A stretch of 64,000 nucleotides of DNA, taken from assembly GCF_009914755.1 (NCBI RefSeq), contig NC_060929.1, one strand, 5' to 3'. A program made the translations under genes and the position numbers. How positions within the stretch are numbered: position 1 is the stretch's first letter; every line of letters starts with the position of its first letter. The notes under the pieces are model-generated. The model was not told the origin of the DNA, did no database searches, and was given only the letters and a program-made list of their open reading frames with translations. Source of the stretch: the human T2T-CHM13v2.0 reference genome, Homo sapiens. This document shows, piece by piece, positions 44,212 to 58,009 of the stretch.

Positions 44212-45470
44212 GTGAACAGCCTGAAAAGCCTTTGGCCTTTCCTAAGCAGAGCCTCCTTCTACTGTGCCTTCACCTCCTGCTTTGCTCAGCATGGCTGGCT
44301 TCCCCCGACACCACATGCTGGCCAGCTCCTTTGTGGTCACCGTAGACCCAACACCATGATTAGTGATGACAAACCAGATTATGACCTAGATTTATTTTTT
44401 ATAGCTGATTATTACATGGAGGGTTTGAAAAAGGTGTTTATTCTTCATGGACTAATTAAGGGCAGGGCCAAATATGTGATGCTCAATACGTGATGTAGGA
44501 GATGGGAGGCCATGACATTGTAGCCCTCTGTGTGTTCAAGGGGGCTATGAATTATTTGCTCACCTGCTGGATTACATCAAAGCGCTGATTAGAAATAGTC
44601 ATAGTTCCATTCCTATGCTATAGATTTTATCAGACTGAAGAGCTACTGTAATCACCAGTCAAAAGGGGAGTGTAAAAGTAATTGGCTGAGATAATCTCTT
44701 AAATTTAACCGGAAAGAATGTCACGATTATTAAGATATAATTAACACTGGTGAAATAATGCAAAGCTTGCTTTCCTTGGTCAGAGATAGTCAGGATTGCA
44801 AGCTTGCTGGTGAACATGACTCCAGAAAGTGTTGGATATACACCAGCCTCATGTTTGTGTTATCAGTGAAACTAAAGTTGACTTTGGAGACATCTGAAGT
44901 CCCATCAGTATCTCCAGTAAAACCATAAAATACTTTAGTTTTGTGACATCTGCTTAGTAGAGATATTTGCATGTACTTTCTAAAAATTTTATCTGCTTTG
45001 CATTTGGAAATTGTCAGTTGTTACATTCCTGAAATCTTTATTTGCATTATAAGCCCATAATCTATCAGTTTTCTTTGGGTAGAATGTTGTTTAATGAATG
45101 GAAACAGTCTCTTAAACCACACCACTATTGAATAAAAATATTACAATTGTATCTGTAAGAACCATTTAAAGGGAAGACATATTCGTTTTTAAGTTTTTAT
45201 TTTAATTTTTATATAATTAGGAAAGAACAGAAGTGATAAAATACTCTTAATTATGCCACTGCATATTTAGGAAAGGAAGAAGCAGTCAGTTTACTTATCA
45301 ATGACAGCACCTAAGAGACTTTGTTCTGTTGAATAAACTTCTGTCCTGGAATTATTTTAGTAGTGCTCCAGTTGTGTGGACTGTATTTTGCCAAAGGTTC
45401 AGTGTATTTCTGGTGAATCTTTGTCAACAGTTCTTCTTAAAATAAATCAATAATTTCCAAAAAAATTTCA
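44212..45470 (+). pseudogene. HPRT1: Processed pseudogene of HPRT1 (hypoxanthine phosphoribosyltransferase 1): 5' UTR, exons 1-7 and 9, full 3' UTR; exon 8 absent. Possibly the annotated HPRT1P2, but the locus cannot be confirmed from sequence alone.
   Basis: Intronless HPRT1-like peptides: [77 protein letters not shown]. Start ATG>GTG at 44333; frameshifts and deletions. HPRT1-like 3' UTR (CATCTGCTTAGTAGAG, CTCTTAAACCAC, CTGTCCTGGAATTATTTTAGTAGTG, GTGAATCTTTGTCA) runs to ~45470. Confidence 0.95.
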
Positions 45471-46329
45471 TTCCATAAAGAATGGGAAGTTGTTCAGGAA
45501 TAGAATTTGTACAATAAAAAATAAACTAGTAGAATTGTGCACATAAGCATGTGAGATCTCTTCAGAAAAAGGAACGTCATCAACCTGACAAACCTTTGTA
45601 TCAAATCAATTGTGTGAAACCTTTTTCTTTCTTACAACAAAGGGAAATTTCACCATGTGTTATTAAGACTCTCTCAAAGACTAATAGAACAAAACACAGG
45701 ACAAAACATCACTCTCTTCATGACCAAAGGACGCTTGGCCCCTACTTGAGAAAAGTGTACTTAATTCATAACAGTGGAGCAAAAGTAATAGTAAAACCAT
45801 GGACTCTAGGTTGTAGGCTACTCAGAAAATAGAAGGAGATAAGGAAGAATCTGCTTCCAATTGAACTTCATGAGTCGTAAGTTCTTTACAAACTAGTGTG
45901 AATAACTTCAAATGGTGGGTTGTCCTTCTGTGAACTGTAAATAATAACCTCGGAGCAGCTTTCAAACAACCAGGAAAAATAGCCACTGGATCTTTAGCAT
46001 GGACAAAACACAACTGGATCTAAGAGAAAACAACAACAACAACAAAATGTTAAAAAAAAAAAAAAGCTGGGGGAGAACAGGAATGTGCTGCAAGAAAAGA
46101 GAGTAAAAAAATAAAGAATAACAAAACACACCAAATATTTTGTTAACCTTTCCCCCAGTATTCCTTCAAATCAATTTTGTTGATAACTTGTAAAGCTTAT
46201 ATCATGGACCATGTTTTTGAACATTATGGATAGCAATATTTTATGAAAGAAAGTGGAGAACCTTTCTATAAATCTAGCAAGTATTGCAAAATTTTGAAAT
46301 TTGTTTTGTTTTTGTTTTGGATCTTTTCT

Positions 46330-48677
46330 GCTTTTTTAGCTTTTACTTTAGATTCAAGGGGACATGTGCAGGCTTGTTACAAGGGTATGCTTCATGATGC
46401 TGAGGTTTGGAGTATGACTGCACCCATCACTCAGGTGATCATAGTACCCAATAGGTAGTTTTTTAACCTTTGCTCCCATCCTACCGTCTATCCTCTTGTA
46501 GTCTCCATGTCTGTTGTTTCCATTTTTATGTCTTTGTGTATGCAAAACTTAGCTCTCACTTATAAGTGAGAAGATGTGGTATTTGGTTTTCTGTTTCTGA
46601 ATTAGTTTGCTTGGGATAATCGTTTCCAGTTTTATCCATGTTGCTACAAAGGATTAATTTTATTATTTTTTATGGCTACATAGTATTCCATGGCATATAG
46701 TACCACATTTTCTATATCCAATATACCATTTATGGATGCCTAGGTTGGTTCTATGTTTTCAATATTGTGAATAGTGCTGCAATGAACGTACGATTGCATG
46801 AGGGTTTTTGGTAGAATGATTTAATTTCCTTTGGATATACACCCAGTAATGAAATTGCTGGGTCAAATGGTAGTTCCATTTTTAGTTCATTGAGAAATGT
46901 CCAAACTGCTTCCCACAGTGGGTGAACTAATTTACCTTCCCACCATCAGTGTGTAAGCATTCCCTTTTCTTTGAACCTTCACCAATATCTTTTATTTTTT
47001 GAGTTTTTAATCATAGCCTTTCTGCCTGGTGTAAGATGGTCTTTTATTATGGTTTGGATTTGCTTTTCTCTGATGATTAGTGATGATGAGCATTTTTTGT
47101 ATGTTTGTTGGCTACTTGTATATCTTCTTTCGAGAAATATCTGTTTATGTTCTTGCCCACTTTTTAAAGAGTTATTTCTTTTGTAGTTGTTGATTTGTTT
47201 AAGTTCCTTATAGATTCTGGACATTAGACCTTTGTCACATCATTTGTGAATATGTTCTCCCATTCTGTAAGTTGTCTGTTTACTTTGTTGATAGTTTCTT
47301 TTGCACTACAGAAGTGCTTCAGTTTAATTAGTTTTGAGTTGTCAATTTTTGTTTTTGTTGCAATTGTTTTTGAAGACTTAGCTATAAATTTTTTGCCAAT
47401 GCCGGCATTGAGAAGGGTACTTCCTAGGTTTTCTTCTAGGTTTCTTATAGTTTGGGGTCTTAGCTTTAAGTCTTTAATTCATCTCGAGTTAATTGTTTTT
47501 TTGGAGAAAAGTAGGGGCCAAGTAGCATTCCTCTGCATGTGGTGAGCCAGTTATCTGAGCACCATTTATTGAATAGGGACTCTTCCCCATTGTTTATTTT
47601 TGTCAACTATGTTGAAGAGAAGATGGCTGTAGATATGTAGCTCTATTTCTGGGTTCTCTATTCTATTCTATTGCTCTGTGTGTCAGTTTTTGTACCAGTA
47701 CCATGCTATTTCATTACAGTAGCCTTGTAGTATAGCATAAAGTCTGGTAATGTGATGCCTCCATGTTGGTTCTTTTTGCTTAGGATTTCTTTGGCTCTTT
47801 GGACTCTTTTTTGGTTCCATATGAATTTTACAATAATTTTTTCTAATTCTGTGAAAAATAGCAATGGATAGGAATGGCATTGAATCTCTAGATTACTCTA
47901 GGCAGTATGACCATTTTACTAATGTTTATTTTTCCAATCCATGAAATCTTTTTCCAATCCATGGAATGTTTTTGCATCTGTTTGTGTCACCTATTATTTC
48001 TTTCAGCAGTGTTTTGTAGTTCTCCTTGTAGAGACCTTTCACTTTCTCGGTTAGATGTATCCCTAGGTATTTTTTGTTTGTATTATAAATGGTATTCTGT
48101 TCTTGATTTGGCTCTTAGCTTGAATGTTGTCAATGTATAGGAATGCTACTGAATTTTTACATTGATGTTGTACCTGAAACATTATTAAAGTTGTTTATCA
48201 GTTACAGGGGAGACTTTTGGTAAGTCTTCAGGGTTTTCTAGGCATGAAATTATATCATCAATAAAGATGGATAGTTTAACTTCTTCTTTTCCTTTGTGAA
48301 TCCATATTATTTCTTTCCCTTGTATGATTGTTCTGGCTAAGACTTCTCATACCATGTTGAATAGGAATGGTGAGAGGAGACATCCTTACCATCTTCCAGC
48401 TCTCAAGGGAATGCTTCTAGCTTTTGCTCATTCAGTATGATATTGGTGATGGGTCTGTCATAAAAGGCTCTTATTATTTTGAGGTATCTTCTTTCAATGC
48501 CTAGTTTATTGAGGGTTTTATCATAAAGGGATGCTGGTTTTTATTAAAAGCTTTTACTGCATTTATTGAGAAGATCATGTAGTATTGATTTTTAATTATC
48601 TTTATGTGGTAAATCACATTTATTGAACCAACCTTGCATCCCAGGAATAAAGCCTACTTGATTGTGGTGAATTAACT

Positions 48678-48709
<32 letters not shown>

Positions 48710-49265
48710 TTGTTGTTGTTGTTGTTGTTGTTGTTTGAGATGGAGTCTCCCTCTTGTTGCCCAGGCTGGAGTGCAATGGAATGATCTTGGCTCACGAAAC
48801 CTTCGCCTCCTGGGTTCAAACTATTCTCCTCCCTGAGCCTCCCAAGTAGCTGTGATTACAGGCACCCACCAGATTGTGGTGAATTAACTTTTTGATGTGC
48901 TTTGTGCTGGATTTGGTTTGCGGGTATTTTGTTGAGAATTTTTGTGTCTATGTTCATCATGGCTATTTCCCCATAGCTTTCTTCTTTCTTTATGTTTTTG
49001 CCAAATTTTGATATCAGTAATGCTGGTTTCATAGAATGAGGGAGGGAGTAGTCCCTCCTTTTCAATTTTTTGAATAGTTTCAGTAGGATTGGTACCAGTT
49101 CTTCTTTGTATGTCTGGTAGGATTTGGCTGTGAATCCATCTGATTTAGGGATTTGGGGTAGTAGATGTTTTATTGCTGACTCGATTTTAGAGCTCATTAT
49201 TTGTGTGTTAAGGGTTTTCATTTATTCCTGATTCAATCTTGGGTGGTTGTATATTTCCAAGAATC
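46330..49265 (-). mobile_element. 5'-truncated L1 (L1PA15/16-like): degenerate ORF2 3' half and 3' UTR
   Basis: Minus ORFs give L1 ORF2 peptides (DGFTAKSYQTYKEELVPILLKLF, MNIDTKILNKI, HHNQVGFIPGMQGWFN, SRIYKELKQI). 3' end GATTCAAGGGGACATGTGCAGGCTTGTTAC. Confidence 0.9.
48678..48871 (-). mobile_element. 5'-truncated Alu (right arm) with T/(TTG)n tail, inserted in the L1
   Basis: 18-bp TSD GATTGTGGTGAATTAACT at 48660-77 and 48872-89. Confidence 0.9.
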
Positions 49266-49519
49266 AAAATTTTAAAAATAAATTGTTTCACATGCCTAGC
49301 CACATCAAAAAATTACACTGATTAGATATGATAAGGCAAAAGGAAGAATTCTGGCTAAGGAAACATTTTGTAAATTGTTTTGTTTTGTTTGGTAGTTTTT
49401 TTTTCCCTTACCTAATATACATTCTCCAGACTCAAAAATTTTGTTGGCATTATATCCCCAGAATTAGTAAACTAGTTATGCCAAACAGAGCTGAAAGGAT
49501 TCTTTTATTTGGACTCCAT

Positions 49520-52500
49520 TGAGATGATCCACATATAACTTTTGACTTTCCCAAACTTTACTAATAGCCTACTGTTGATCAGAAGCATTACTAATAACAT
49601 ACATAGTTAACACATATTTTATGTTGTATCTATTATATACTGTATTATTATAACAGCATAAACTTGAGAAAAGAAAATGTTATTAAAAAAATCATAAGAA
49701 AGAGAAAATATATTTACTATTTGTGTCAGTCTGTTCTCATGCTGCTAATAAAGACAGACCTGAGACTGGGTAATTTATAAAGGAAATAGGTTTAATTTGC
49801 TCACAGTTCCACATGGCCAGGAAGACCTCACAATCATGGTGGAAGGCAAAGGAGGAATGAGGCATGTCTTACATGGCGGCAGGCAAGAAAGCATGTGCAG
49901 GGAAACTGCCCTTTATAAAACTATTACACCCTGTGAGACTTGTTCACTATCATGAGAACAGCATGGGGAAAACCCACTCCATGTTTTAATTACCTCCCAC
50001 CAGGTCCCTCCCATGACACTTGGGCATTATGGGAGCTATAATTCAAGATATGTTTGGGTGGAGACACAGTTCTCCCATTTCAAAACCAATCATGCATTCC
50101 CAACAATTCCTCAAAGTCTTAACTCATTATAGCATGAACTCAAAAGTCATACCCCAAATTTTTCTTTTGCCCTGCCCTATCAGAGGTTCTCCACGAGCAC
50201 TCCATCCCTTCAGTACACCGCTGCCTGTATATCCAGACATTTCCATACAACCTCTGAAATCTAGGTGGATGTTCCCAAACCTCAATCTGAGATCACCTCA
50301 ACCTGAACCCTGAACATAATTGTCCATATTACTATCAGCATTTTTGTCAAAGCCATTCAACAAGCCTCTAGGAAGTTCCGAACTTTCCCACATTTTCCTT
50401 TCTTCTTCTGGGACCTCCAAACTGTTCCAATCTCTGCCTGTTACCCAGTTCCAAAGTTGTTTGCACATTTTTGGGTATCTTTACAGAAGTGCCCCACTAC
50501 CCAGTATCAATTTACTATATTGATATAGTCTGTTCTCCCACTGCTAATAAAGACATAACCAAGACTGCATAATTTATAATGAAAATAAGTTTAATTTACT
50601 TACCACATGGCTGTGGAGGCCTCACAATCTTGGCAGAAGGTGAAAGAGGAGTAAGGATATGTCTGACATGGTGGCAGGCAAGAAAGCATGTGTATGGGAA
50701 CTGCCCTTTATAAAACCATCAGATCTCATGAGATTGGTTCACTATCACAAGAACAGCATAGGAAAATCTGCCTGCATGATTCAATTACCTCCCACTGGCT
50801 CCCTCCCATGGCACATGGGGACTATGTCATGCCACCCCTGGACCCTCTCAAATATCATGTACTCATATTTCAAAACCAATCATGTCTTCCCAACAGTTCC
50901 TCAAAGTCTTAACTCATTTCAGCATTAACTCAAAAATTGACAGTCTAAAATTTTATCTGAGACAAGGCAAGTTTCTTTTGCCTATGAGCCTGTAAAATCA
51001 AAAACAAGTTAGTCACTTCTAGATACAATGAGGTTACAGGCATTGAGTAAATACACCCATTCCAAATGGGAGAATTTGGCCAAAACAAGGGGGCTACAGG
51101 CCCATATAAGTCAGCAATCCAGCAGGGCAGTCAAATCTTAAAGCTCCAAAATGATCTCCTTTGACTCCACGTCTCCCATCCAGGTCACACTGATGCAAGA
51201 GGTGAGTTCCCATGGTCTTGAGCAGCTCCACCCCTGTGGCTTTTCAGGGTACACCCTCCCTCCTGGTTGCTTTCATGGGCTGGTGTTGAGTGTCTGTGGT
51301 TTTCCAGATCCATGGTGCAAGCTGCCATTGAGTCTATTATTCTGGGGTCTAGAGGATTGTAGCTCTCTTCTCACAGCTCCACTAGTCAGTGCCCCAGTGG
51401 GACTCTGTGTGAAGTCTCATACCCCACATTTTTCTTCTGCCCTGCCCTAGCAGAGGGTCTCCATGAGGGCTCCACCCTTGCAGTATACCTCTGCCTGTAC
51501 ATCCAGGCATTTCCATACAACCTCTGAAATCTAGGCAGAGATTCCCAAACCTCAATTATTGTTTCCTGTGTACCTGCAGGCCCAACAGCATGTGTAAGCC
51601 ACCAGGGCTTAGGACTTGCACCATTTGAAGCAATGGCCTGAGCTGTATGCTGGCCCCCTTTAGCCATGGCTGGGGTGTAGGGCAAGTCCCAAGACTGCAC
51701 AAAGCAGCAAGGCACTGGGCCCAGCCCAGGAAACCATTTTTCTCTCCCAGGCTTCTGGGCCTGTGTGAAGACCTCTGACATGCCCTGGAGACATTTTCCC
51801 CATTGTCTTGGTGTTTAAGATTTAGCTCCTCATTATTTATGCAAATTTCTGCAGTGGGCTTTAATTTCTCCTCAGAAAGTGGGTTTTCCTTTTCTATCAA
51901 ATAGGTTGCAAAATTTCTGAACTTTTATGCTCTGCTTCCCTTTTAAACATAAGTTCCAATTTCAAATTATATATTTGTGAATAAATACAACTGAATACTT
52001 TTAAGAGCACCCAAGTCACATCTTGACTGCCCTGATGCTTAGAAATTTCTTCTGCCAGATATGCTCAATCATCTCTCTCAAGTTCAAAGTTTCACAGATC
52101 CTTAGGACAGGGGCAAAATGCCACCAGTGTCTTTGCTAAAGCATAACAAGTGTTACCTTTGCTCCAATTCCTAAGAACTTCCTCATTTCAATCTGAGATC
52201 ACCTCAACCTGAACTTTATTGTCCATATCACTAGCAGCATTTTGGTCAAAGCCATTCACCAAGTATCTAGGAAGTTCCAAACTTTCCCTCATTTTCCTTT
52301 CTTCTTCTGGGCCCTCCAAACTGTTCCAACCTCTGCCTGTTACCCAGGTCCAAAGTTGCTTGCACATTTTTGGGTATCTTTACAGAAGTGCTCCACTACC
52401 CAGTATCAATTTACTGTATTAGTCTATTCTCACACTGCCAATAAAGACATATCCAAGACTGGGTAATTTATAAGGAAAAGAGATTTAATTGACTTACAGT

Positions 52501-52960
52501 TCCAAATGGCTGGGGAGGCTTCACAGTCATGGCGGAAGACAAAGGAGGACCAAAGATATGTCTTACATGGTGTCAGACAAGAAAGCATGTGGCGGGAACT
52601 GCCCTTTACAAAACCATCAGAGCTCCTGAGACTTGTTCACTATCACAAGAACAGCACAGAGAAACCTTCCCTCATGATTCAAGTACCTCCCACCGGGTCC
52701 CTCCCATGACACATGGGGATTATGGCAGCTACAATTCAAGATGAGATTTCAGTGGAGACACAGTCAAACCATATCACTATGCACTAATTAAAAGTGGCTC
52801 ATTATAAAAGTCTTTATCCTTGTTGTCTTCAAGTTGAGTGGCCTGAGGAAGAGGAGGAAGACGAGAGGTCTGGTTGTCTCAGGGGAGGCACAGACGGAAG
52901 AAAATCTTCTTACAAGTGGACCCACACAGTTCAAATCCAAGTTGTTCAAGGGTTAGCTAT
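49520..52960. mobile_element. Tigger2-family (MER28/Tigger2a-like) DNA transposon, split into ~49520-49721 and 52777-52960 by the THE1 array
   Basis: CTAATAGCCTACTGTTGA..AAAATCATAAGAAAGAGAAAATATATTTACTAT resumes after the THE1 and ends GTTGTTCAAGGGTTAGCT, resembling the Tigger2 TIR. Confidence 0.7.
49722..52776 (-). mobile_element. Tandem THE1 (THE1C-like): LTR 49722-50069, deleted internal 50070-50514, LTR 50515-50827, internal 50828-52414, LTR 52415-52776
   Basis: Three THE1 LTRs and two internal copies inside one 5-bp TSD (CTATT/CTATG). Confidence 0.88.
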
Positions 52961-52996
52961 ATGATATGTTTGTGTACGTGTGTGTGTGCGTACTGT

Positions 52997-53364
52997 TGCT
53001 GTGGTTTGAATACTTGTGTGCTCCCAAAATTTCTATGTTAAAATCTAAACCCCAAAGTGATGATATTAGGATGTGAGGTATTGGGGAGAGGATTAGGTCA
53101 TGAGGGTGGAGCCTTTATGGATGATGTTAATGCTTTATCAGAGACCTGAGAGAGCTCCCTTGCCCTTTCCTCCAGGTGAGAACAAAGCAAGAAGTTACCA
53201 TCTTGCTATCTTTGAACCAGAAAGTGGGCACTCACCAAACAGCAAATCTGCTGGAGCCTTGATCTCAGACTTCTCAGCTTCTAGAATTTGTGAAAAAAAA
53301 ACTATATTATTAATTAGCTACCCAGTTTATAGTATTTTTATAGCAGCCTGAATGGACTAAGAGA
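52997..53364 (+). mobile_element. MLT1A0-like solo LTR
   Basis: TGCTGTGGTTTGAAT..ATTAGGTCATGAGGGTGGAGCC..GCAGCCTGAATGGACTAAGA; TSD ACTGT/ACTGG. Confidence 0.85.
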
Positions 53365-56300
53365 ACTGGTAAATTAATCTAGTAAAACACAGCTTTGGAA
53401 ATCCACATAGAATTTGTTTCACATCTTCAGGGAATGACAGTAAGGTAACTTTCAAAGAATGTCTAATGGATATTTATCTAAGTGAAAGAGTCCTGACTTT
53501 CACTTATAAAGAAGATATATTTAAACACACTTTCATTCATTTATAAAGCTTGTTTCTTAAAATGTGACATTATAAACCCAAACATCTGAATTCAATGAAG
53601 CTATATTCATAAAATTTATATGTTTATACAAAGTGAGGCAATAAAGTTAACTGGAGGACCCGCAACTGTTGGGTTACCTGCAGCAGCTTGAATAATCTGC
53701 CCTCTTGTCCAGACAGGGAAATCCCAAGGTACCCTCTGTCAATGTGCTCACATCCCAGTTGAGCAGACTGAGACACAAGCTGATTACCAAATGAAGTGAC
53801 TTTGCTCTAGAGGAGGGCAAGGGAGCTGGCAGGGTCACTGTGCCTCTGACATCAAACTCCAGAAGACCTCTTTCCTCTCAAATTCAATTCATAGACCATT
53901 GTATGAGCTATTACATTAAAACAAACTCAACTGTGGCATATTTTTTAACAGACAGGAAAAGAAGGTAATAATAAACAATGAACTAAAGGAAATGCCTATC
54001 TGTTAATAAGTCAGAATTCTTACCCAGCAGGATGAATTTAAATCTTTAGATGGAAAAGAGGAGTGAAATCTGCTCTGGTCTATTTAAACTTCCTTTATTA
54101 TTATTATTTTTAATGCTTTCAGCAATTGCATAACTTCTCTATAATTCTGTGATGAAAGGAAAAATTATTTAAACAAAAGCATTCAATTATTTAATGTTTC
54201 AAATATTATGTTTTAAATGCAATATTTCTCTAATTATCTTAACAAAGAGGAGGTTTTCTCTAACTCATAAAAGAAAATGATTTTTGCTTTATGTGTTTAC
54301 ACTTGCAACTTTGAGACTCTCTTATCCTATGGTTTTTTTTTTTTGTTTTGTTTTTTTTTTTTGCTGCCTTTGCTTTTGGCCTTGATGTAAAAATGTGAAG
54401 TATATTTTAAGTTACTTTTATTTCAAGAGAATAATATACATTTTAGATAGGGCCTTGGGTTAAAATCAATCTACTTAAGCATAAATATGGTTATTACATG
54501 TGTAACATTATGAATACAGTTTCTCGTTGCCACAGTTTTGCGTTTTATAATTTCTGTGGGACAATGATGTGTAGACTTTGGGAATTTGTGAACCATTTAG
54601 AAAAATGAGTAGCCAGAGAATCACAGAATGTTGCCCTTTTCTTTCCAGGTTAGTATGTTAAAAACAAAACCAGATGATTCACTTATCATCATATTTCATA
54701 AAGTACATATAAAAAAAGAAATAGCAAGTTCAGTGTAATGGCAATTTCTCAAATCATAAGGACTTAGTTTTTTAAAAAATACTCTCTGTATCATCCTAAT
54801 TTCTCTAGTCTTGATGGACTCTGGCATTTTTCATCAATCAGTTAGGAACTTAATGACCATAGACATGGTTTCTTGTATAGTCAGTTCTTGAATATTGAAT
54901 ACTCTGTACAATATGGCCCTGAAATATGCATCCATTTTGTGGCATCATTTATTGAATATAATTATTTTATAGGAGTTGTTTTTATAGTCTATGTCATAAC
55001 TATAACTTTTAAGAAATTAAGCAAGCATTGTTTAATAGTTTTTAACTTTTCTGTTGCTTAACTATAACTCTATTGTCTCATTTTGGGGAGTGTGACTTTT
55101 CACGATGCTGTGTTTAAGAGAATTATTATTAATCCAACATAATTACGCCTAGAATTTTCTCCTAGTTATTTATTAGGTAAGTAAATCCAGGGATAAAATA
55201 ATTGGAGTTTTGCAGTGTATAAAAGATCTAGAGCTAAAACTACTTACATGATGAAACTGCTCTATTAGGAGAATACATTGAGAAGAGATGTCCCAACTTT
55301 GATCTTTCTCACACCCAGTGGGCAAGCACTTTTATTATTTTCCTATAAATACTTTCAGTTTTATTTTCATAAATATAAGCAACATTTATGTTACACAGTT
55401 TGTATGTTGATCTTTCTTGCACAAAACTAGCAACTATAGACCTTATGTGCCTTGCTTTATTCACTTAATAAAAATCTCTGTATTGTCTTTCCATGTCAAT
55501 GCATAGACAATAATTTAATTCTCTTTTCTACATCTAATGAAATGGAACAAGCCGAAAGAAATATAGCTCTATATATTTCCCATAGGTGAAGTCACCAATT
55601 TAATTATTTCATTTGAAAATGCATTTTGCACATCGTTAGATAACAGTATATATCATGGAGGTTAATGTTCACAGGTTATTTTGTTTATTTATCAGGCTAG
55701 AAGGGATGTTTAAAAAACACTATGGTAGGAAGGTTTCAATTTGTTTATTGTTCAAGGGAAAAAACAATCACTCATCATAGTTACTTGATATTCCCTTTTA
55801 ACCTCTATTAAATGTGTGCTGGAACAAGTGACTTAGGAGCTATATAGATAATGGCAGTAATAATGAATAGACACAAACATCCTATATGTTTTTAAAAATT
55901 GAAATAACTAAGACAAAATCAATAAGTTTAAATGTTTTAAAATCCTAAATGTCATTTTAGCTAAACTAATAATTTCACATGTGATCAGAACATACATTCT
56001 ATTTAAAAGCCATTCCATATCTATACCAATGTTTCACTTCGACAGTCCAAAAAATGGTGTAGTAGACACAGAGCTGATAAGATGATAGCCTAATGGTTAG
56101 AAGTTTAGAGTGGGTCTGATAGAGCTTAGTTGTATTCCAAGAAAGTTATGCGTGAGAAGTGTGAACTTGGAAAGTAAGTGTATACCTTCTAAACTTCAAC
56201 TGCCTGATTTATGAAATGGGAAACCTACTTCATAATACTATTGCCATTCTTAAATGAGAAATATGTATCTAATAAAGAACCTGGAAAAAGTGCACTTACA

Positions 56301-56411
56301 AAAGCAACTAAATAGGTGATGACTATGATGAAAATGATGATTATGACTAGCAGTCCCAATGAAAACAAAATAAACATTAATAGAAATAGAGTTAGAATAG
56401 TGATTACATTA

Positions 56412-56726
<315 letters not shown>

Positions 56727-57343
56727 TCCCTGAAATTAACTCTTAAACTCATGTTCAATTCAGGTAAAAAGTGACTTTCTATTACATATTTTTATACGAG
56801 ATATATATTTTATTAATGATTTTGATGGTATTTATCAACATATCTGAAAGTGTTCGTTTTGTACAAAATAAATGTTAATGCTACTAATACTAACCTACAG
56901 GGGTGCTAAATTTTTATAAAGATACAAAATAATTTAAAATCAATAAGAAATATGTAATAATTCATTAAAATTATGTACTAAATGTTTGTACATATAGACA
57001 CGTAAACACAAACATCTGGGATATATATATATTATATATATATACACACAAAAGTTACACATAAACACATGTATCTCAGATACGTGTCTATATGTACAAA
57101 AGTTTATTCCTAAGATTGAAGAAAATATGTGACAGGAAATTCTGAATTTACCAATGTGAATTTTGTTAGACTCCTTGGGTGAGTGAAACATTTATTTTAG
57201 ATCTCAATGATCCTATTCACTTTTCTGTAATTTTAGTGTCTATACTGTATTATACCACAATTGCTTGTGAACCTGAATGCAATTATCTAAATGTGTACCC
57301 AAGGAAATATGACAATATGCTTAGAAGTATATTGTAATTTGTG

Positions 57344-57640
<297 letters not shown>

Positions 57641-58009
57641 CTATAATGTAATTTGTATTCAAAATTTTTACCCACAGAATTTGGTATCAATCACACATAT
57701 CTAGAAAATATTTATTACTTTTATATTTTGCAAAAACAAATTCATCTTCAAAATAATATTGCTATCCCCCTTACTCTGTCTCTTTCATTTGATCATTCTT
57801 ATTACACAGCCTCTGAATCTCATTTAAAACTCTCTTCCATAATCCCTGGGTATAACTCTACTATCCATTATAATTGCAACATCTGCTTAATTTATCTTAA
57901 TTCTAACTCATGATCTTGTCTTAATAAAATTCCATTGTTTGCATACATTTTTGTTGGACTTGCTTGATAAGATTTGGATGGTTATTACAGTAACTTTTTG
58001 AAAAGAGAA

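Noticed and set aside
44189-45478. Candidate TSD of the HPRT1 retrocopy (TTCATTCAATAA / TTCATTCCATAA)
   Set aside because: AT-rich, imperfect and with no clear poly-A tail; too weak to call.
46979-49221. Reverse-transcriptase-like peptides
   Set aside because: Fragmented, frameshifted ORF2 of an old 5'-truncated L1; not an active or novel RT system.
57065-57090. Small hairpin ACATGTATCT-C-AGATACGTGT and nearby TA/CA quasi-palindromes (also 10200-10250)
   Set aside because: Expected by chance in degenerate (TA)/(CA) low-complexity DNA.
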